The notes below the pieces were generated by a model that saw nothing but the letters and a program-made list of their open reading frames with translations, did no database searches and was not told where the DNA came from. DNA of 63,967 nucleotides, the filler included, from Basidiobolus ranarum (Eukaryota): assembly GCA_040143965.1 (NCBI GenBank). It is 3 parts of 3 records of this genome, joined end to end, with 100 filler letters (N's around TTAATTAATTAA, not from the genome) between each part and the next. Parts side by side here need not be neighbours in the genome. Positions count along the whole stretch, not along the records: positions 1 to 22,323 come from JASJQH010000188.1; positions 22,424 to 44,674 come from JASJQH010000189.1; 1 more part is not named here. One strand, written 5' to 3'. The position numbers were made by a program, and so were the translations under genes. Shown here one piece after another: positions 13,204 to 25,839 of this stretch (within the stretch, counting starts at the first letter, position 1; every line of letters starts with the position of its first letter).

Positions 13204-14183
13204 CTATTCTGAGTCTAATTTAAAACTCAAATCAATTATCTCTTCGGGATGAATGCCACGATGGTTTGAAGGTTCATTCTAAACGATAACAAAAGTAAAG
13301 CTAATACTTACCGAAGGGCTATCTTTGTGAGTCAAAATATCATTCAACTTGATTTTTTTTCGAAATTCTAACGGTTGATTTTGGTGCTCCTCACAGAGAG
13401 TTGTTACGCTTACTGTTGGTTCTAATATTTTGTTTTCATCTTGCTCTAATACCCTGAGTCTAATGGTAGGTCCTTTGTCAGTATCGAAATCGAGTGAACC
13501 AGCCTCGGAAGTCTCTTTCGCTATTGAATTAAACTCCACACACAAATGAGTAAGAAAAAGACATAATAAATATACGATCCCTCTTACATACTTTCCGTTT
13601 CGAATAGTACTTATGTGCTTCACCAGGCGTACCTATTGTGCTAGGATCCAAGACTTTTACTTTTTTTACAAACCTACATTGAAAAATGTTAAGACTGTTT
13701 ATCAATAGAGCTATTAGTTTTCAAGATTTACCTTTCATACTCTCTTTCCAGGAGTTCTAGCCGCTCTTGAAATTCAGAAATCTTCTTCTCTGGCTACGAT
13801 AATATTTAAAAATAATCTTGGCAGTATAAACTTTACTAGATATACTTACGTAGTTTCGAACCCCTGATAGATGGTGTAAACAGTAACTAATATCTCTTTT
13901 GATAGAGGGAATCCAGTTTTTAATTTCGGAAGCGGTATTCAAGGTTTTCTATTTATAAGTTGATGTCAAACACATGAGACGATTGAAGAATACCACGAAA
14001 AACTTCCTACCAGAGGGGGGCGCTTTTGGATTTTGTCTTTTAAGGCTATAAAGAATAAGTTAAGTTTTGGCTTTATACAAAGTGATATCGAACCAGTAAG
14101 TATCATTTATATGTACATTCTTCTTCCTGTGCTCGTAAAAACCGATTGAGGCCCGAAAGTTGTTTCTCGCTATTTCGCGACAT
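13204..14183 (-). CDS. Multi-exon gene with a divergent Isy1-like (splicing factor) N-terminus
   Basis: Spliced reading MSRNSEKQLSGLNRFLRAQEEE..KRPPLENLNTASEIKNWIPSIKRDISYCL..KISEFQERLELLEREYER..VKKVKVLDP resembles Isy1 MARNxEKA...RP...W...I..EI. Several GT-AG introns. Confidence 0.5.
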
Positions 14184-14441
14184 GATAATACAACAGTGAC
14201 AAAGAATTCAAGACTCCGCTTCATATTATCATATATTCATAATTACATACGTTCAATTAAACCAACCACTACAATTCTCAATAAACCAAATCTTATAGAT
14301 GTTGGGATAATTACTAATTTGATGAAACATGGGTAATTACTTTCGATTGAAAATTTATTATTTCTATTAAGGAATACATGCTAAATGTTGCAATAATACA
14401 AAAAATCTTCGCAACAAGAGACTATTAAGGAGTTCGTACAT

Positions 14442-15145
14442 TTACAAATCTTCATCTTCTTCAGGAAGAGGCTGGTTGGCAGCAGCCTCTAGTTCTCTGT
14501 TATATTCAGCCATAAGAGCAGGATCAACTTGAACCTCGGGAGGGGCCAATGCGGGAGAAGCGACGAATTCGAGGTTAGGGTTGCCAACCAATTTACGAGC
14601 TAACCACAAGAAAGGCTTCTCGAAGTTGTAGTTGGATTTGGCGGAAATATCGTAGTATTGAAGGTTCTTCTTACGATGGAAAGTGATGGTCTTAGCCTTG
14701 ACCTTTCTTTCCTTGATATCAACCTTGTTACCACAGAGAACAATAGGAATGTTTTCACAAACACGGACCAAATCACGATGCCAGTTAGGAACATTCTTGT
14801 AAGTAATACGGGAAGTGACATCAAACATGATGATGGCACATTGGCCTTGGATGTAGTAACCATCACGAAGACCACCAAACTTCTCCTGACCAGCGGTATC
14901 CCAAGTATTGAAGCAAATGGCACCGAAGTTGGTATGGAAAGTCAAAGGATGAACTTCGACACCAAGGGTAGCAACATATTTCTTTTCGAACTCACCAGTC
15001 AAATGGCGCTTGACGAAGGTAGTCTTACCGGTACCACCGTCACCAACTAATGAAACAAATGTTAGACAATGTAACAGCAGAGATATAACATTTTAAAAAA
15101 ATACCAACCAAGAACGAGTTTGAAAGTGGGCATTTCGGCGGCCAT
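14442..15145 (-). CDS. GSP1: Ran GTPase (Gsp1/Spi1); exons 15145-15109 and 15046-14442
   Basis: [14 protein letters not shown] across the intron, WDTAGQE, NKVD, ISAK, acidic tail PEEDEDL. Confidence 0.97.
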
Positions 15146-16122
15146 GATAGTAATACTCTTGAGAATAAGAAAAGAGACAATGCTCAACTCAGCCAGATGC
15201 TCTCCTTTTATGAGGAAGTTCAGAGGAGGAAAACCCTTTTCTGATGGTCTGGGTTCCCCTACAAATATCACTTTTAAAATACTCAAATATATGTAATCTT
15301 AGTGGATCCCCGGGAGACAATAACAGACTATGGACAATGATTTTAGAACATACTGATTTCCAAGATTCTTATTAAAGCTCAATTGAAAACGTATAGTCTG
15401 TATTGCGATAGTGAATCAGTCCCTCGTCATCCAATTCCTTCGATTTGTTTCGAAAGGGAAAAAAAGAAATTTGTGACACTCGATTTTTTTTGATATTTAC
15501 ATCATGTTTTGAATATATCTCATGCTGATTACCGTGACACAGACATAAATCAAATCAGCATTCCGCAAATTCTGTCTGTACCTTTTTTTAGTTGTAACCA
15601 TCATATTGATAGTACTTATGACTCCACCAATAACGCAGAGGAAGGGTGACTTGGATTTTAGATTAGCATTCCAGAAAGCACTTCCAACCTTGCCTCTTAT
15701 AGAAATACGGACACTATTCAATCAACCAATATTTATTGATGTACAACCATTTCCTGTGTTGTATAAGCCTTGACTTTACATGAACAATGCCTTGGTCGGA
15801 AGAGATAGATCCTTACTGCATTCCATATTAAATTACCACCAAACGGGTGGGTTCTCCAGAGGCGGGGTCTCCAAGTATTTATTAGAAGTGCATCATGAAG
15901 CTAGCACTTGCATCTTACTCCTTCACCTATCTATCTAGGACGCAATCATCATACAGAGAACATGAATGCTGGTATTTTTTATTTAGATGGGGAGATCTTA
16001 GGTTGTGTGAAATAAATGAGACATTCAGTTACTGCAACTTGATTAATGTAGCGAAACAATAAATGGGGAAGAATATGGATTTGTGTTTGATACGGTTTGC
16101 TAGTCAAAGGCAATGGTTGCTC

Positions 16123-17201
16123 TTAATAAGTCAAGCGAGGTGGTGGATCACGATTGAATTTGTTGTTGATATGGTTCGAGGCCAAAGTACCGATGAATAT
16201 CGTTGCCAATATTGGTACGAGGAGCGTGAAGGCAGCGATAAATATAATCTTTAATGCCATTGCACTAAAGCGATAGAATTTTCCTAGACATCCAGGCAGT
16301 AAACTTCGTAGATAACATTTGTTGCTTAATGCTGCATGATCAAAGGGACCTTTGAATCCACAACAGTGAAGCTAGATGCAACAGGAAGAGTAAGCAAATC
16401 ATGATTATAAATTGCTTAAAGAGCGTTCACTTGTGATTATACTTACATTATTCTGAATGATTATTCTTTCCTGATAATCAAAATTGCGCCATTGATGGCC
16501 AAGTTTGGCTCGCAAATTCCAAAGAGACCTCTTGTAAGCCAAATACCCAACTACCATATACATGACCAGGAGTATCCATAAAATCAAAGTCCAGATTGCA
16601 AGAGCACGACGACTGTTCTTGTATATTCCGTAGTAACCCAATATGGAGTTTGTAAGACCAACAATCCCAATCGCCATGATCAATCCTACCAAACTAGTAT
16701 TGCCAGTGGACAGAACCTCTGCTCGAACATACCCTTCAGATGATATCAACTTATGTAAGTAAACATACCAAAGACATTGAATAGAACTAAATTGTTGATT
16801 GCTAACCTTTGCCGTAAGTTATAATTGCAATGAAAAGGATACACATTGAAATGATAAATAACTATGTTGATGAGAAATGTAAATACAGTGCTCTCTTTTG
16901 TCTGGTTTTGCAAAGGCTAAGGTGATTTTTACCAAAAATTACGTACTAGAGTATTGGCCACAATGAGTAGCCACTTGAATTTCCCCCAACTCTTGATTCC
17001 ACTTTCAGGCTTTGAGTTGTATGCCAGATATCGAGTATTTGCTCTGTTTGAGTCCCTAATTTCTTGATCTATCCCGTTCTGCGTATGGTTGCCATTTGTT
17101 CCCTTTTCTGATGTCGTCGTGGGAAAGAACAAAGTCTCGTTGGTGCTGGATTGATAATTAGATTCCTTCCAGAATTGTGAAAAAGAACTGGTGGTAACCA
17201 T
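16123..17201 (-). CDS. Fungal tetraspanin (Tsp2-like), multi-exon
   Basis: Four hydrophobic segments and an extracellular loop with CCGF...C...LPGC. Exons correspond to ORFs 16929-17201, 16405-16749 and a final exon ending at TAA 16125-16123. Confidence 0.75.
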
Positions 17202-18052
17202 CTTTGTAAAATTTAAAGTGAAGCTAGCTCAAATTCGTAGCGTAGTTTGATAATTGGAATGTGTAATTTGTAGAAAATATAGAATTGTAGAGTAAGCTCT
17301 AATTGTCGTATCCGTATAACTCAAGTCAGTAGAAATGAGGTATATACACAGATATTGGTTTGAAAACTTGCTAAAGTGATGACGAACTAAAAAAGACAGT
17401 TAGGACGCTGTTTTGGATATCCCACTACGTTCTAGAGTAGAGAAAGAGTTGATTCTAGAGAAATGTAGCTCAGATTTTGTAATAAAATATGAGCAGAGAT
17501 AGCAGGTTTTATTCCTTCCCCCAGTATAGCATGTATGATGCAGCTTCTAGCTCATGCTCTCCACGATCAACCCCAAAGCAAACGTCAATGATTGTTTACT
17601 CTATGTATATATCCATGTTTAAATGCAGCGATAAAGCATCAAACTACACTTTACCATTTAAAGATAACCCCGTAGGAGCCTTGGTACTTACTGTTTCTCA
17701 CTCGTACTTGTATCCATCGTGTTGCTTCTCTCATGTGAAATAGGCTTTGCTTGCCATGATCTGTGTGGTTTGTTAGATGCAATGTAATGCGCTCTTCTAC
17801 TAAGACTGCACGTGTATATCGAGGTATGATTGGATTTCCTCTACAAGATTCAATGAAATATACACCTCTACAGCTTTTATAGCCTCATATATGAAATGAT
17901 TGGGGCAATTTGATAGCATTATAAAAATTCGGTTTCAGATTGTTGAATGTATGCTAAGATTTCTTACTAAATGCCATTGTTGAATCTGTTGATAATACAA
18001 ACCAAGTTCTGAATTCGTGGTTATCTTTTTGATATTCATACTCATCGCTTGA

Positions 18053-19891
18053 ATGGTAGAAACTAGCGAGCTTCCTGTACTTCCTGACCCCACCGCTTCG
18101 TCAAGTACGCAAACCTCAGATGGACATTGGGTAGAATATAGATTCTCTTTCGAACATAGTACTTTTGAGCTACGTCGATTCTTGAATATGAAACTACGAA
18201 ACAAAGGCGGATTTTCAATACAAATCGAATGCTGTCCACAAGTGGAATACCATATATCTCATAACTGGAATATGTGCGGGTTGGATATTGAGAAGCTTAA
18301 GCAATGGGAGATACAAAGTAACGGGCGTATCATGATGAAAATATCTTTTTTTGCTGTATTATTTGAAGCTCCATCTTAAACAAAAGTACTCTAGTTACAT
18401 CTTTAACTTTTTTTACTATCAGACAGAGATCGGGGAGAGTATTGGTATCAGCTTAATGGGGAATTCTTCACTTGGGAAAGCTCTTGCTAGTTCTGAGGTA
18501 AAACATTTCTTCCAACTTTCGTATATTACTTCCTCCCACCAGGTTCTATTAATGTTTAACCTAGAAATTAATATATTTGGCTCAGCTGTGGAAGATCGCA
18601 GGATGTTCTTGCCAGATATTAAATGAATCTCTCAACGTAAGTTAAGATTATATAAAATTGTTGTGCATATCACCACAGTAACTCCACCTTTCTTACGTGA
18701 ATATTCAAGGAACTTGCACTAATTCCTGACGAATATGCCTTCTCGAATAACATTGATGAGCCAGTGGCATTTCTGCGAGAAATACAAATGACAATCAAAT
18801 TCGTTCAAAGTAATATCCTACTGAATCTTACTGGATTGCTTTTATACTATCATCTTTTTAGTATTATTACTTACAAACTAGTTTAAGAATAGCATCCAGG
18901 AAAAATAAGGCTACTGACGACGATCTTCAAATATTACATTCTGAGGCTATGTACGAGTTCTGGTTGAAAATGTTCAAGAAAGTGATACGAGGAGCCTTAA
19001 TTCCTCTTTGCCCAAGAATATTCCGATTTGGTTACGATAAAGTAAGTGTGCTTCAAATACACTAAACACAAAAATAATTTACACAAGATCACTTATTAAC
19101 AAGCAACATTTATCATTAACTCAATCTCCTTATCGTAGAAATTGACTGCTATCACGAAATGGATACCATCGATAAGCGCATCGTTTGCAAAGATAGCTCA
19201 CCGGAGTACATCTGTAAATTTTCCGATGGTAGGATCTAGTACACCTTTCAGAAAATACGAATAGTGTAGCATGTGAATTCTGTTTTGCATCAGTAAATAA
19301 TCTCATTCAGTTTGATAACTTCTCAGAAACCCAGTGTTGATGCAACTGCTAGAGCTATCTCCGAGAATTTATGGAGAATAGCTCGGAACTCCATTCGAGA
19401 GAAAGATCCGATTGTTAAAGTAAGGCCTACATTTAATTATGTAACTTATGATACACAAATATTTACCATCATCACCTTAACAGCGGTTGGAGTATAAAGC
19501 CATTGATGAGCCCATTCTTGGATCGTCAAATCTCAGTGATAGTCAAAATTCAGGGGACTTACCTTCTATATTATTCTCATTTGATTCGGATTATGAAACC
19601 TTCGAGTCTGAAGATATGCTCGAAACATTTGCCTATTCTACTGATGGCGAAAGTCCTAAATCTGATATATTACCTTCGGAGATTCTAGACTCTGGCTCAG
19701 ATTACTCTATGACAGATAGACAAGATGGCCATCCGGTCCCGATCTCTTCCACGAGCCTAAATTCCCCTTTTCATATTAGCTCAAGCGAAATGGAAAATGA
19801 TATGTTTCTATATGAAGATGAGATCTCCAATATCTTAGATTTTGATAATTCCGATGATTTAATGTCCATTCACTGTTCCCTAGAAACCTAA
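18053..19891 (+). CDS. Hypothetical multi-exon protein with a Ser/acidic C-terminal tail
   Basis: A series of open segments separated by short GT-AG introns, ending in the 19487-19891 ORF. No family recognised; start uncertain. Confidence 0.45.
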
Positions 19892-20451
19892 CTCTCATGC
19901 AAAATACAACCGACAATTCTGCTCAAACAGAAAAATCATCACAAAGTTTAGGAAATACCTGAATTTAATTAGAACCAATAAAGCGATATATATATATATT
20001 GATGTAACTCAGCCTAGACCCTTCTAAAGGTTTATAGAAATCATTAACCTTACGTTAATTCCGGAAAATGGCTCATCCCAACCAATTGATTCCAATCAAA
20101 CTATACCGTACGTATGAGTTACGAAAAAGGAACTCACAATGCTGGTCATACGTATTAGAGTAAAATAGTTCTCATTTTAGAGTTTATTTACATATTTCTC
20201 AATTATGTACAAGCGAGTTAAAAATCAATAGAAGGGTAAGATAAAATAGTTGAGGCGCAGATAAGGTATTTCTAAAGGAACTCGTAGCTGCGTGATGGTT
20301 GAGAATGGTTTGTAGGAGCTGATGAAATTACATAACAATATCGACGCTTGATGAGTGAAATAAAACAAGAGTGTTGAAGTAAATATATGCTCATTGAGTA
20401 TTATGAGGGGATAAAGAACCCTCTCTATGCTTGATTAAAGACAGCGATCAT

Positions 20452-21660
20452 CTAAACATTTAAAAGATTTTTGTATGCCAAATATCTGGGGAAGATATCG
20501 TGATACATAATTTCGAGAACTTGGTTCATTGCTTGGTCGAAAATGTCGATAGGATATCCGTCATTTAGGGGCTTTTGAAATACAAGAGTCACTTGATGTT
20601 GAACATCCTCGGTGATATTTACTTCCATATCACTGTTAGGTTGAATGAACATATCATATATTCGAGTGACTTCCTTTATGTTGGTGATTATCGGTATTTG
20701 GGAATTCGCCTTTAGATCCATACATCTACGATAAAATAGAGTATTCTCCACGGCAAAGATTCGTAATGAAAATTTCTTGAAGTCTTCGTAAAGTATTGGA
20801 TCCTTCAAAATTGAAAGTAAAGAACCGATATCATAGACCGGTAGGAACTCATCCGCAGCTCTAGGTGTTCGAGGACGACGACAAAGGGGAAATACTACTA
20901 TTGCAGTGTGAATTAGTATGATTCGTACAGCACAATAGATCGCATAAGCCTCCCAGTGGATTTTTATGTAGCTAAGTGTCGCCCGAAGAATCAGTCCAAT
21001 AAAGCTGAAGAGCTCCACCATCTCTACTATCGATAGCCCAAATCGGATGTGAAAAGCATCATCGACAGATCGCAAATACCATACAAAGATTGGCCACTGT
21101 ATGAGAAGGTGTAATGAGTAGCTTAGAAATATCGGTGTTAAAGCTGCAATAGGAATAGCGGAGAAATCGGTAGGTAGAGAATGCGAGGTAAAGAGTATGA
21201 TAGATGTTAAAATAATATAAATAGTAAGCTCTATTCCACACCAGGTAAACCACACACGGTTGTTAAAATAACGTTGGTATCTATAGAAAACGTTGGTTTC
21301 CGGTCTGGATAAACTAGTTTGAGAGTTTTGACTGGAGGCACAATCCTCACCACGGTTAAGTTTGGCTTGACTTGAATAATATAGAAACGTCAGCTGAAGC
21401 ACCTTTCCAGTGATGCAAATGAATATAAGGGGGAAGAAAGTATTGATCAGGTAAAGAAACAGCCAGGGTGGAATGGAGGTAACGAATACGACGACAGGAA
21501 GTAGTATAGCGGAAGTGATACCTACTATTGAAGTTATCACCACATTGCGATATGCAAAGTATGGGTCTTCCCGATAGTGAACTAGTAGGCCAACTGTGAT
21601 AAGGATGAAAAGGTCATATAATGCCACGGCTAGAACTAAACCGATTGTACTAGAAGCCAT
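20452..21660 (-). CDS. Multi-pass (about 7TM) membrane protein fused to a C-terminal RGS domain, intronless
   Basis: Multiple N-terminal hydrophobic helices followed by the RGS signature ILKDPILYEDFKKFS..FAVENTLFY..IYDMFIQPNSDMEVNI..IFDQA..V.EIMYHDIFPRYL. Confidence 0.85.
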   Translation of the reverse strand: MASSTIGLVLAVALYDLFILITVGLLVHYREDPYFAYRNVVITSIVGITSAILLPVVVFVTSIPPWLFLYLINTFFPLIFICITGKVLQLTFLYYSSQAKLNRGEDCASSQNSQTSLSRPETNVFYRYQRYFNNRVWFTWCGIELTIYIILTSIILFTSHSLPTDFSAIPIAALTPIFLSYSLHLLIQWPIFVWYLRSVDDAFHIRFGLSIVEMVELFSFIGLILRATLSYIKIHWEAYAIYCAVRIILIHTAIVVFPLCRRPRTPRAADEFLPVYDIGSLLSILKDPILYEDFKKFSLRIFAVENTLFYRRCMDLKANSQIPIITNIKEVTRIYDMFIQPNSDMEVNITEDVQHQVTLVFQKPLNDGYPIDIFDQAMNQVLEIMYHDIFPRYLAYKNLLNV

Positions 21661-22323
21661 GACACTTTGAGCGGTTAAAGTTATGTAAATTGTTTAAGAA
21701 TGAATATCAGAGTGTTCTTTGGCTTTATTCTGACTACGTTATGATGAAGAGAGAAATCATGTGTTTAACAGGAAAAGAAGAGAGCAGTGCTTCTCGAAGA
21801 TGCTAACAAACCAAACGATTCTGGTTCAGAGAGGGAGTAATTTATAGGTCTGAAAGCCAAGTAAAATGAATTCAAAATCAATATTAGCTAAATTTAGTAA
21901 GTAGATGATCGGTATTACTCAAGGCCAACCTATCACACAGTCCTGTCGGACAAATGAAATGACATGACCCCCACGCTATATGAATTCAAGAATCTTATAC
22001 AAAGCAATTACCATTTTAGTCACATAATGTAGCACTCAAACCCTAAAATCGAAGTTTATTAATGAATGTACAAATAGAGCACTCAATCACAAACAAAAAT
22101 GAGCAGAATTTACCAAGGGTGTGGACCTGACGACCAGTACGTAGCCAATCCAATCGACGCATCGGGTATTTCTCAACCCTTACTAGCCGAACGGCTCGCA
22201 ATTTGAAGGTGGCACCTTGTTTTAGTACTCGTCTATTGGGCCAGTGGAAATGGTGCGACATACCCGAAATATCCGTTTTATCGAGAAGTGCCATATATCC
22301 TGAGTTAAAAGTGTTTGGCTAGT

Positions 22324-22423
22324 NNNNNNNNNNNNNNNNNNNNNNNNNNNNNNNNNNNNNNNNNNNNTTAATTAATTAANNNNNNNNNNNNNNNNNNNNN
22401 NNNNNNNNNNNNNNNNNNNNNNN
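22324..22423. other. Assembly gap (100 nt) with artificial TTAATTAATTAA six-frame stop spacer
   Basis: N run with the spacer at 22368-22379. Confidence 0.98.
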
Positions 22424-23295
22424 GATCCATTGTTAGATAAAGTGTCAACCGATGCTTATTCACGTAAACCATCCTCAGCAGGTAAATGCGGATGAGTATT
22501 TTCAATAGCTTCATAGATTCTTTGAAATTGCTCGTAGAATTTAGTTAGAGTTGTTTGTCTCATTGTACGACTTGTGTGCGACCGGGAATCAACTGGAAGA
22601 ATGGGTGGGCCAGTAGTTTGTGGAGTCTGAGTTTCGTAAGTATTAAATTAGAATATGCCAACTTAATACTCTTCTAAACTAAACATTACCTCCGAAGAAT
22701 GGGCTGTGCGCTTACCCGTTCCGGGACCAAGGAAATCATCAACTACGGGTTGGGTGCGCTAGAGGTGGATATGAAAATTTGTATAACATGAGTCGAAGAA
22801 AATGTATTTCAAGTACCTTAGAAGCATCTTTGATAGCAACGTTTCGGACATCGATATTGGAAACCAAAATAACAGAAGATTTCTCTACGGTTAAAAGTTC
22901 AAATTAGAAAACCTATACAAGCGCAACTGTCGACAAAATGATTGTATGTACCTTTAACGGGCTTATTCTCAGGTTTAGTTTGTATTGTAGCCAAATCAGA
23001 GGCAAGCCGTGGTCTCTTGATGGGATTAGATGTTTTTGCAGGAATCAAATCTTCAGGTCTTTTGGTAACTGTAGTATTTGGCTTTTGATTGACTGGTTGG
23101 GTGATTTTCTGAACTAATTGGAGATTTCATACTACTTAAATACTTAACTAAATAACTAGCAGAAATCTATATCGACTTACTTTTTCGTGGTCTGGAAGGT
23201 GGTAAAACATGCGAAAATATACAATATTCTTTTCTATGACATCCAGGATTATATGGACAAGGAAGCTTGCGAAAATGACCAGATCCAGCAAACAT
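22424..23295 (-). CDS. RNA exonuclease Rex3/REXO1-like, 5' part only, truncated by the gap
   Basis: MFAGSGHFRKLPCPYNPGCHRKEYCIFSH (CCCH-type N-terminus), later RQTTLTKFYEQFQRIY. The exonuclease domain is not seen. Confidence 0.65.
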
Positions 23296-24066
23296 TGTTT
23301 ATGCTGGGAAGAATATGAAAAGTATTCAGGCGTATATATTTTAGAGTTTGAAAATATTTTTTAGGTGATAGCTTTCAAGTGAGCAATATTAAAGTACATT
23401 GAGGTCTCTATCTATCTTAAGAGTGCACTATAACGATCCTCTTCCGCGCCAAGAGATAAAAGTTCCAAACATCCCGATACCGTATATAAAAATATTTGTT
23501 GATAATTTAGAATCAATAAATCACAGTATTTCCTTAGTGTAAAACCCATAAATGCGCATATAGTTTCTTAGGTGGTTACTTCTAACGACAGCAGCACAAT
23601 TACAAAAACTATCAATGACGAGATTATTATTGGGATTATTATTGGTACCATTGACTGCTTCACTTGAATGATCGAAATCATAGTTTATGATAGCTCTCAT
23701 TCATCCAATACTATCCAATATCATTCATCCAATACTGTTGATCAAAGTTTAGGCAAGTTTGCAGTATAATGAAGAGATAAGCAATCTTTTAAATTGAAAA
23801 TCAATTCGGTGGAGAAGCGACGCACTCATGCGTATTTTTTTCAGATGTTTTTTTTGATGATGTGGAAAGAGAGTGTATTCTGTATATTCTGTGTATTTCA
23901 CACCAAGTCCATATAATCTCTGGTTTCCTGAAAACATAGGTATGTTAAAACTCCTATGATGACTACATCACAGTAATTTTTCTTCTTTTCAACCCATTCC
24001 CATCTTTTGCTTCCCTACTGGAGGATAACTTACGTGTACTTGGCTAACGTTCTTTCTTGTAGTAAA

Positions 24067-25428
24067 ATGGGCGAAGAGAAAAGTCATATCAACGTCGTTA
24101 TAATTGGTCACGTTGATTCTGGAAAGTCCACTACCACAGGTCATCTCATTTACAAATGTGGTGGCGTTGACAAAGATACTCTCCAGAAGTATGAAAAGGA
24201 AGCCGCTGAGCTAGGTAGGAGCTCATTCAAATATGCTTGGGTTTTGGATAAATTAAAGTCTGAACGTGAACGTGGAATTACAATCGATATTGGCCTCGGT
24301 AACTTCGAAACCAATAAGCATAAAATCTCGGTAATTGATGCGCCCGGTCACCGAGACTTTATTAAGAATATGATAACCGGTACCTCCCAAGCAGATTGCG
24401 CCATCCTTGTTGTGGACTCTACTACTGGAGAGTTCGAAAAAGGCATCTCCAAGGACGGTCAAACCCGTGAACATGCTATGCTCGCATTTACTCTTGGAGT
24501 AAAGCAATTAATCGTTGCTTGTAACAAGATGGATCAAGAAGATTGGTCCGAAGCTCGTTTTAGTAAAATCACTGAAGAATTGAGCACTTTCTTAAAGAAG
24601 GTCGGCTACAATCCTAAATCTGTCCCCTTCGTCCCCATTTCCGGCTTTCAAGGAGATAATGTTTTTGAGCAATCAGAAAATATGCCTTGGTACAAGGGAT
24701 GGCAGAGAGAGACTAAAGCTGGAGTCAGTAATGGGGTTACCTTGCTGGATGCCATCGACTCGGTAGTACCACCTACCCGACTCCAAGATAAGCCACTCCG
24801 TCTTCCACTACAGGATGTTTATAAGATTGGCGGAATTGGTACGGTTCCTGTTGGCCGTGTGGAAACTGGTGTAATCAAGCCGGGCATGAATGTTACATTC
24901 TCCCCTTCTAACATTACTTCTGAGGTTAAAACAGTCGAGATGCACCATGAACAACTCACTGAGGGTAAGCCTGGTGACATTGTAGGCTTCAATCTTGCTG
25001 ACGTCTCTACCAAGGGTATCGGCCGAGGTCAAGTTTGTTCGGATTCCACCAATGATCCTGCGAAAGAAACAGTTTCGTTCAACGCTCAAGTAATTGTACT
25101 CAACCATCCTGGAGAGATCGCAGCTGGATATTCACCCATTGTCGATTGTCATACGGCTCATGTTGCTTGTAAGTTCCAGGAACTTCTCGAAAAATTGGAT
25201 CGCCGTACAGGCAAAAAGATTGAGGATAGCCCTCAATCGATCAAGACTGGTGACGTAGCTATCATTAAAATGGTTCCTACCAAACCTTTTTGCGTTGAAT
25301 CCTTTGCCGAATATCCCCCTCTCGGTCGTTTTGCCATTCGTGATATGCGTCAAACTGTTGCTCTTGGTGTTATCAAATCTGTCGAGAAGATTGACAAGTC
25401 TGGTAAATCCAGTAGCGCTAAAAAATAA
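24067..25428 (+). CDS. TEF1: Translation elongation factor 1-alpha, divergent copy; probable 5'UTR intron ~23940-24062
   Basis: [24 protein letters not shown], opisthokont insertion ([14 protein letters not shown]), [11 protein letters not shown]; many substitutions at normally invariant sites. Confidence 0.93.
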   Translation: MGEEKSHINVVIIGHVDSGKSTTTGHLIYKCGGVDKDTLQKYEKEAAELGRSSFKYAWVLDKLKSERERGITIDIGLGNFETNKHKISVIDAPGHRDFIKNMITGTSQADCAILVVDSTTGEFEKGISKDGQTREHAMLAFTLGVKQLIVACNKMDQEDWSEARFSKITEELSTFLKKVGYNPKSVPFVPISGFQGDNVFEQSENMPWYKGWQRETKAGVSNGVTLLDAIDSVVPPTRLQDKPLRLPLQDVYKIGGIGTVPVGRVETGVIKPGMNVTFSPSNITSEVKTVEMHHEQLTEGKPGDIVGFNLADVSTKGIGRGQVCSDSTNDPAKETVSFNAQVIVLNHPGEIAAGYSPIVDCHTAHVACKFQELLEKLDRRTGKKIEDSPQSIKTGDVAIIKMVPTKPFCVESFAEYPPLGRFAIRDMRQTVALGVIKSVEKIDKSGKSSSAKK

Positions 25429-25839
25429 GCATTGTAATATCTCACAATAATCCACATTTCACTGGTTTTATTTTCTCGCTTCATCGCACACAATAAAAAT
25501 CGTTGAAAAAACACGACTTTCCACATGCTATCAATCTTTCTAAACCTGGGTTCAGAGCGCTAAGGAAAAGAATGTTGAGCGTATCTTGCAGTTCTGAGCT
25601 ATATACTTTTATCTGTGTTGTTTAGCTCAAATGAGGTTCAGTTTCAACAGAATATTAGCCAATGTTTACATGAATGCATTCTAACGCTGATTCTATTATA
25701 TATAAATATATTCAATAGCTTAATAATGAAAACATCAATTTGCCAAAACAATCTGGTTTTTTTTAACCAATTTGTTATCTACTAATGAGCTATTACTGAT
25801 AGTCTTGTTGACATAGGTACTTACCTTACTGCATTCTAC

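Noticed and set aside
22368-22379. Palindromic TTAATTAATTAA inside N runs (also 44719-44730)
   Set aside because: Artificial contig spacer. Adjacency across the gaps is unproven, and the ORF ends at 44722-44730 are artefacts.
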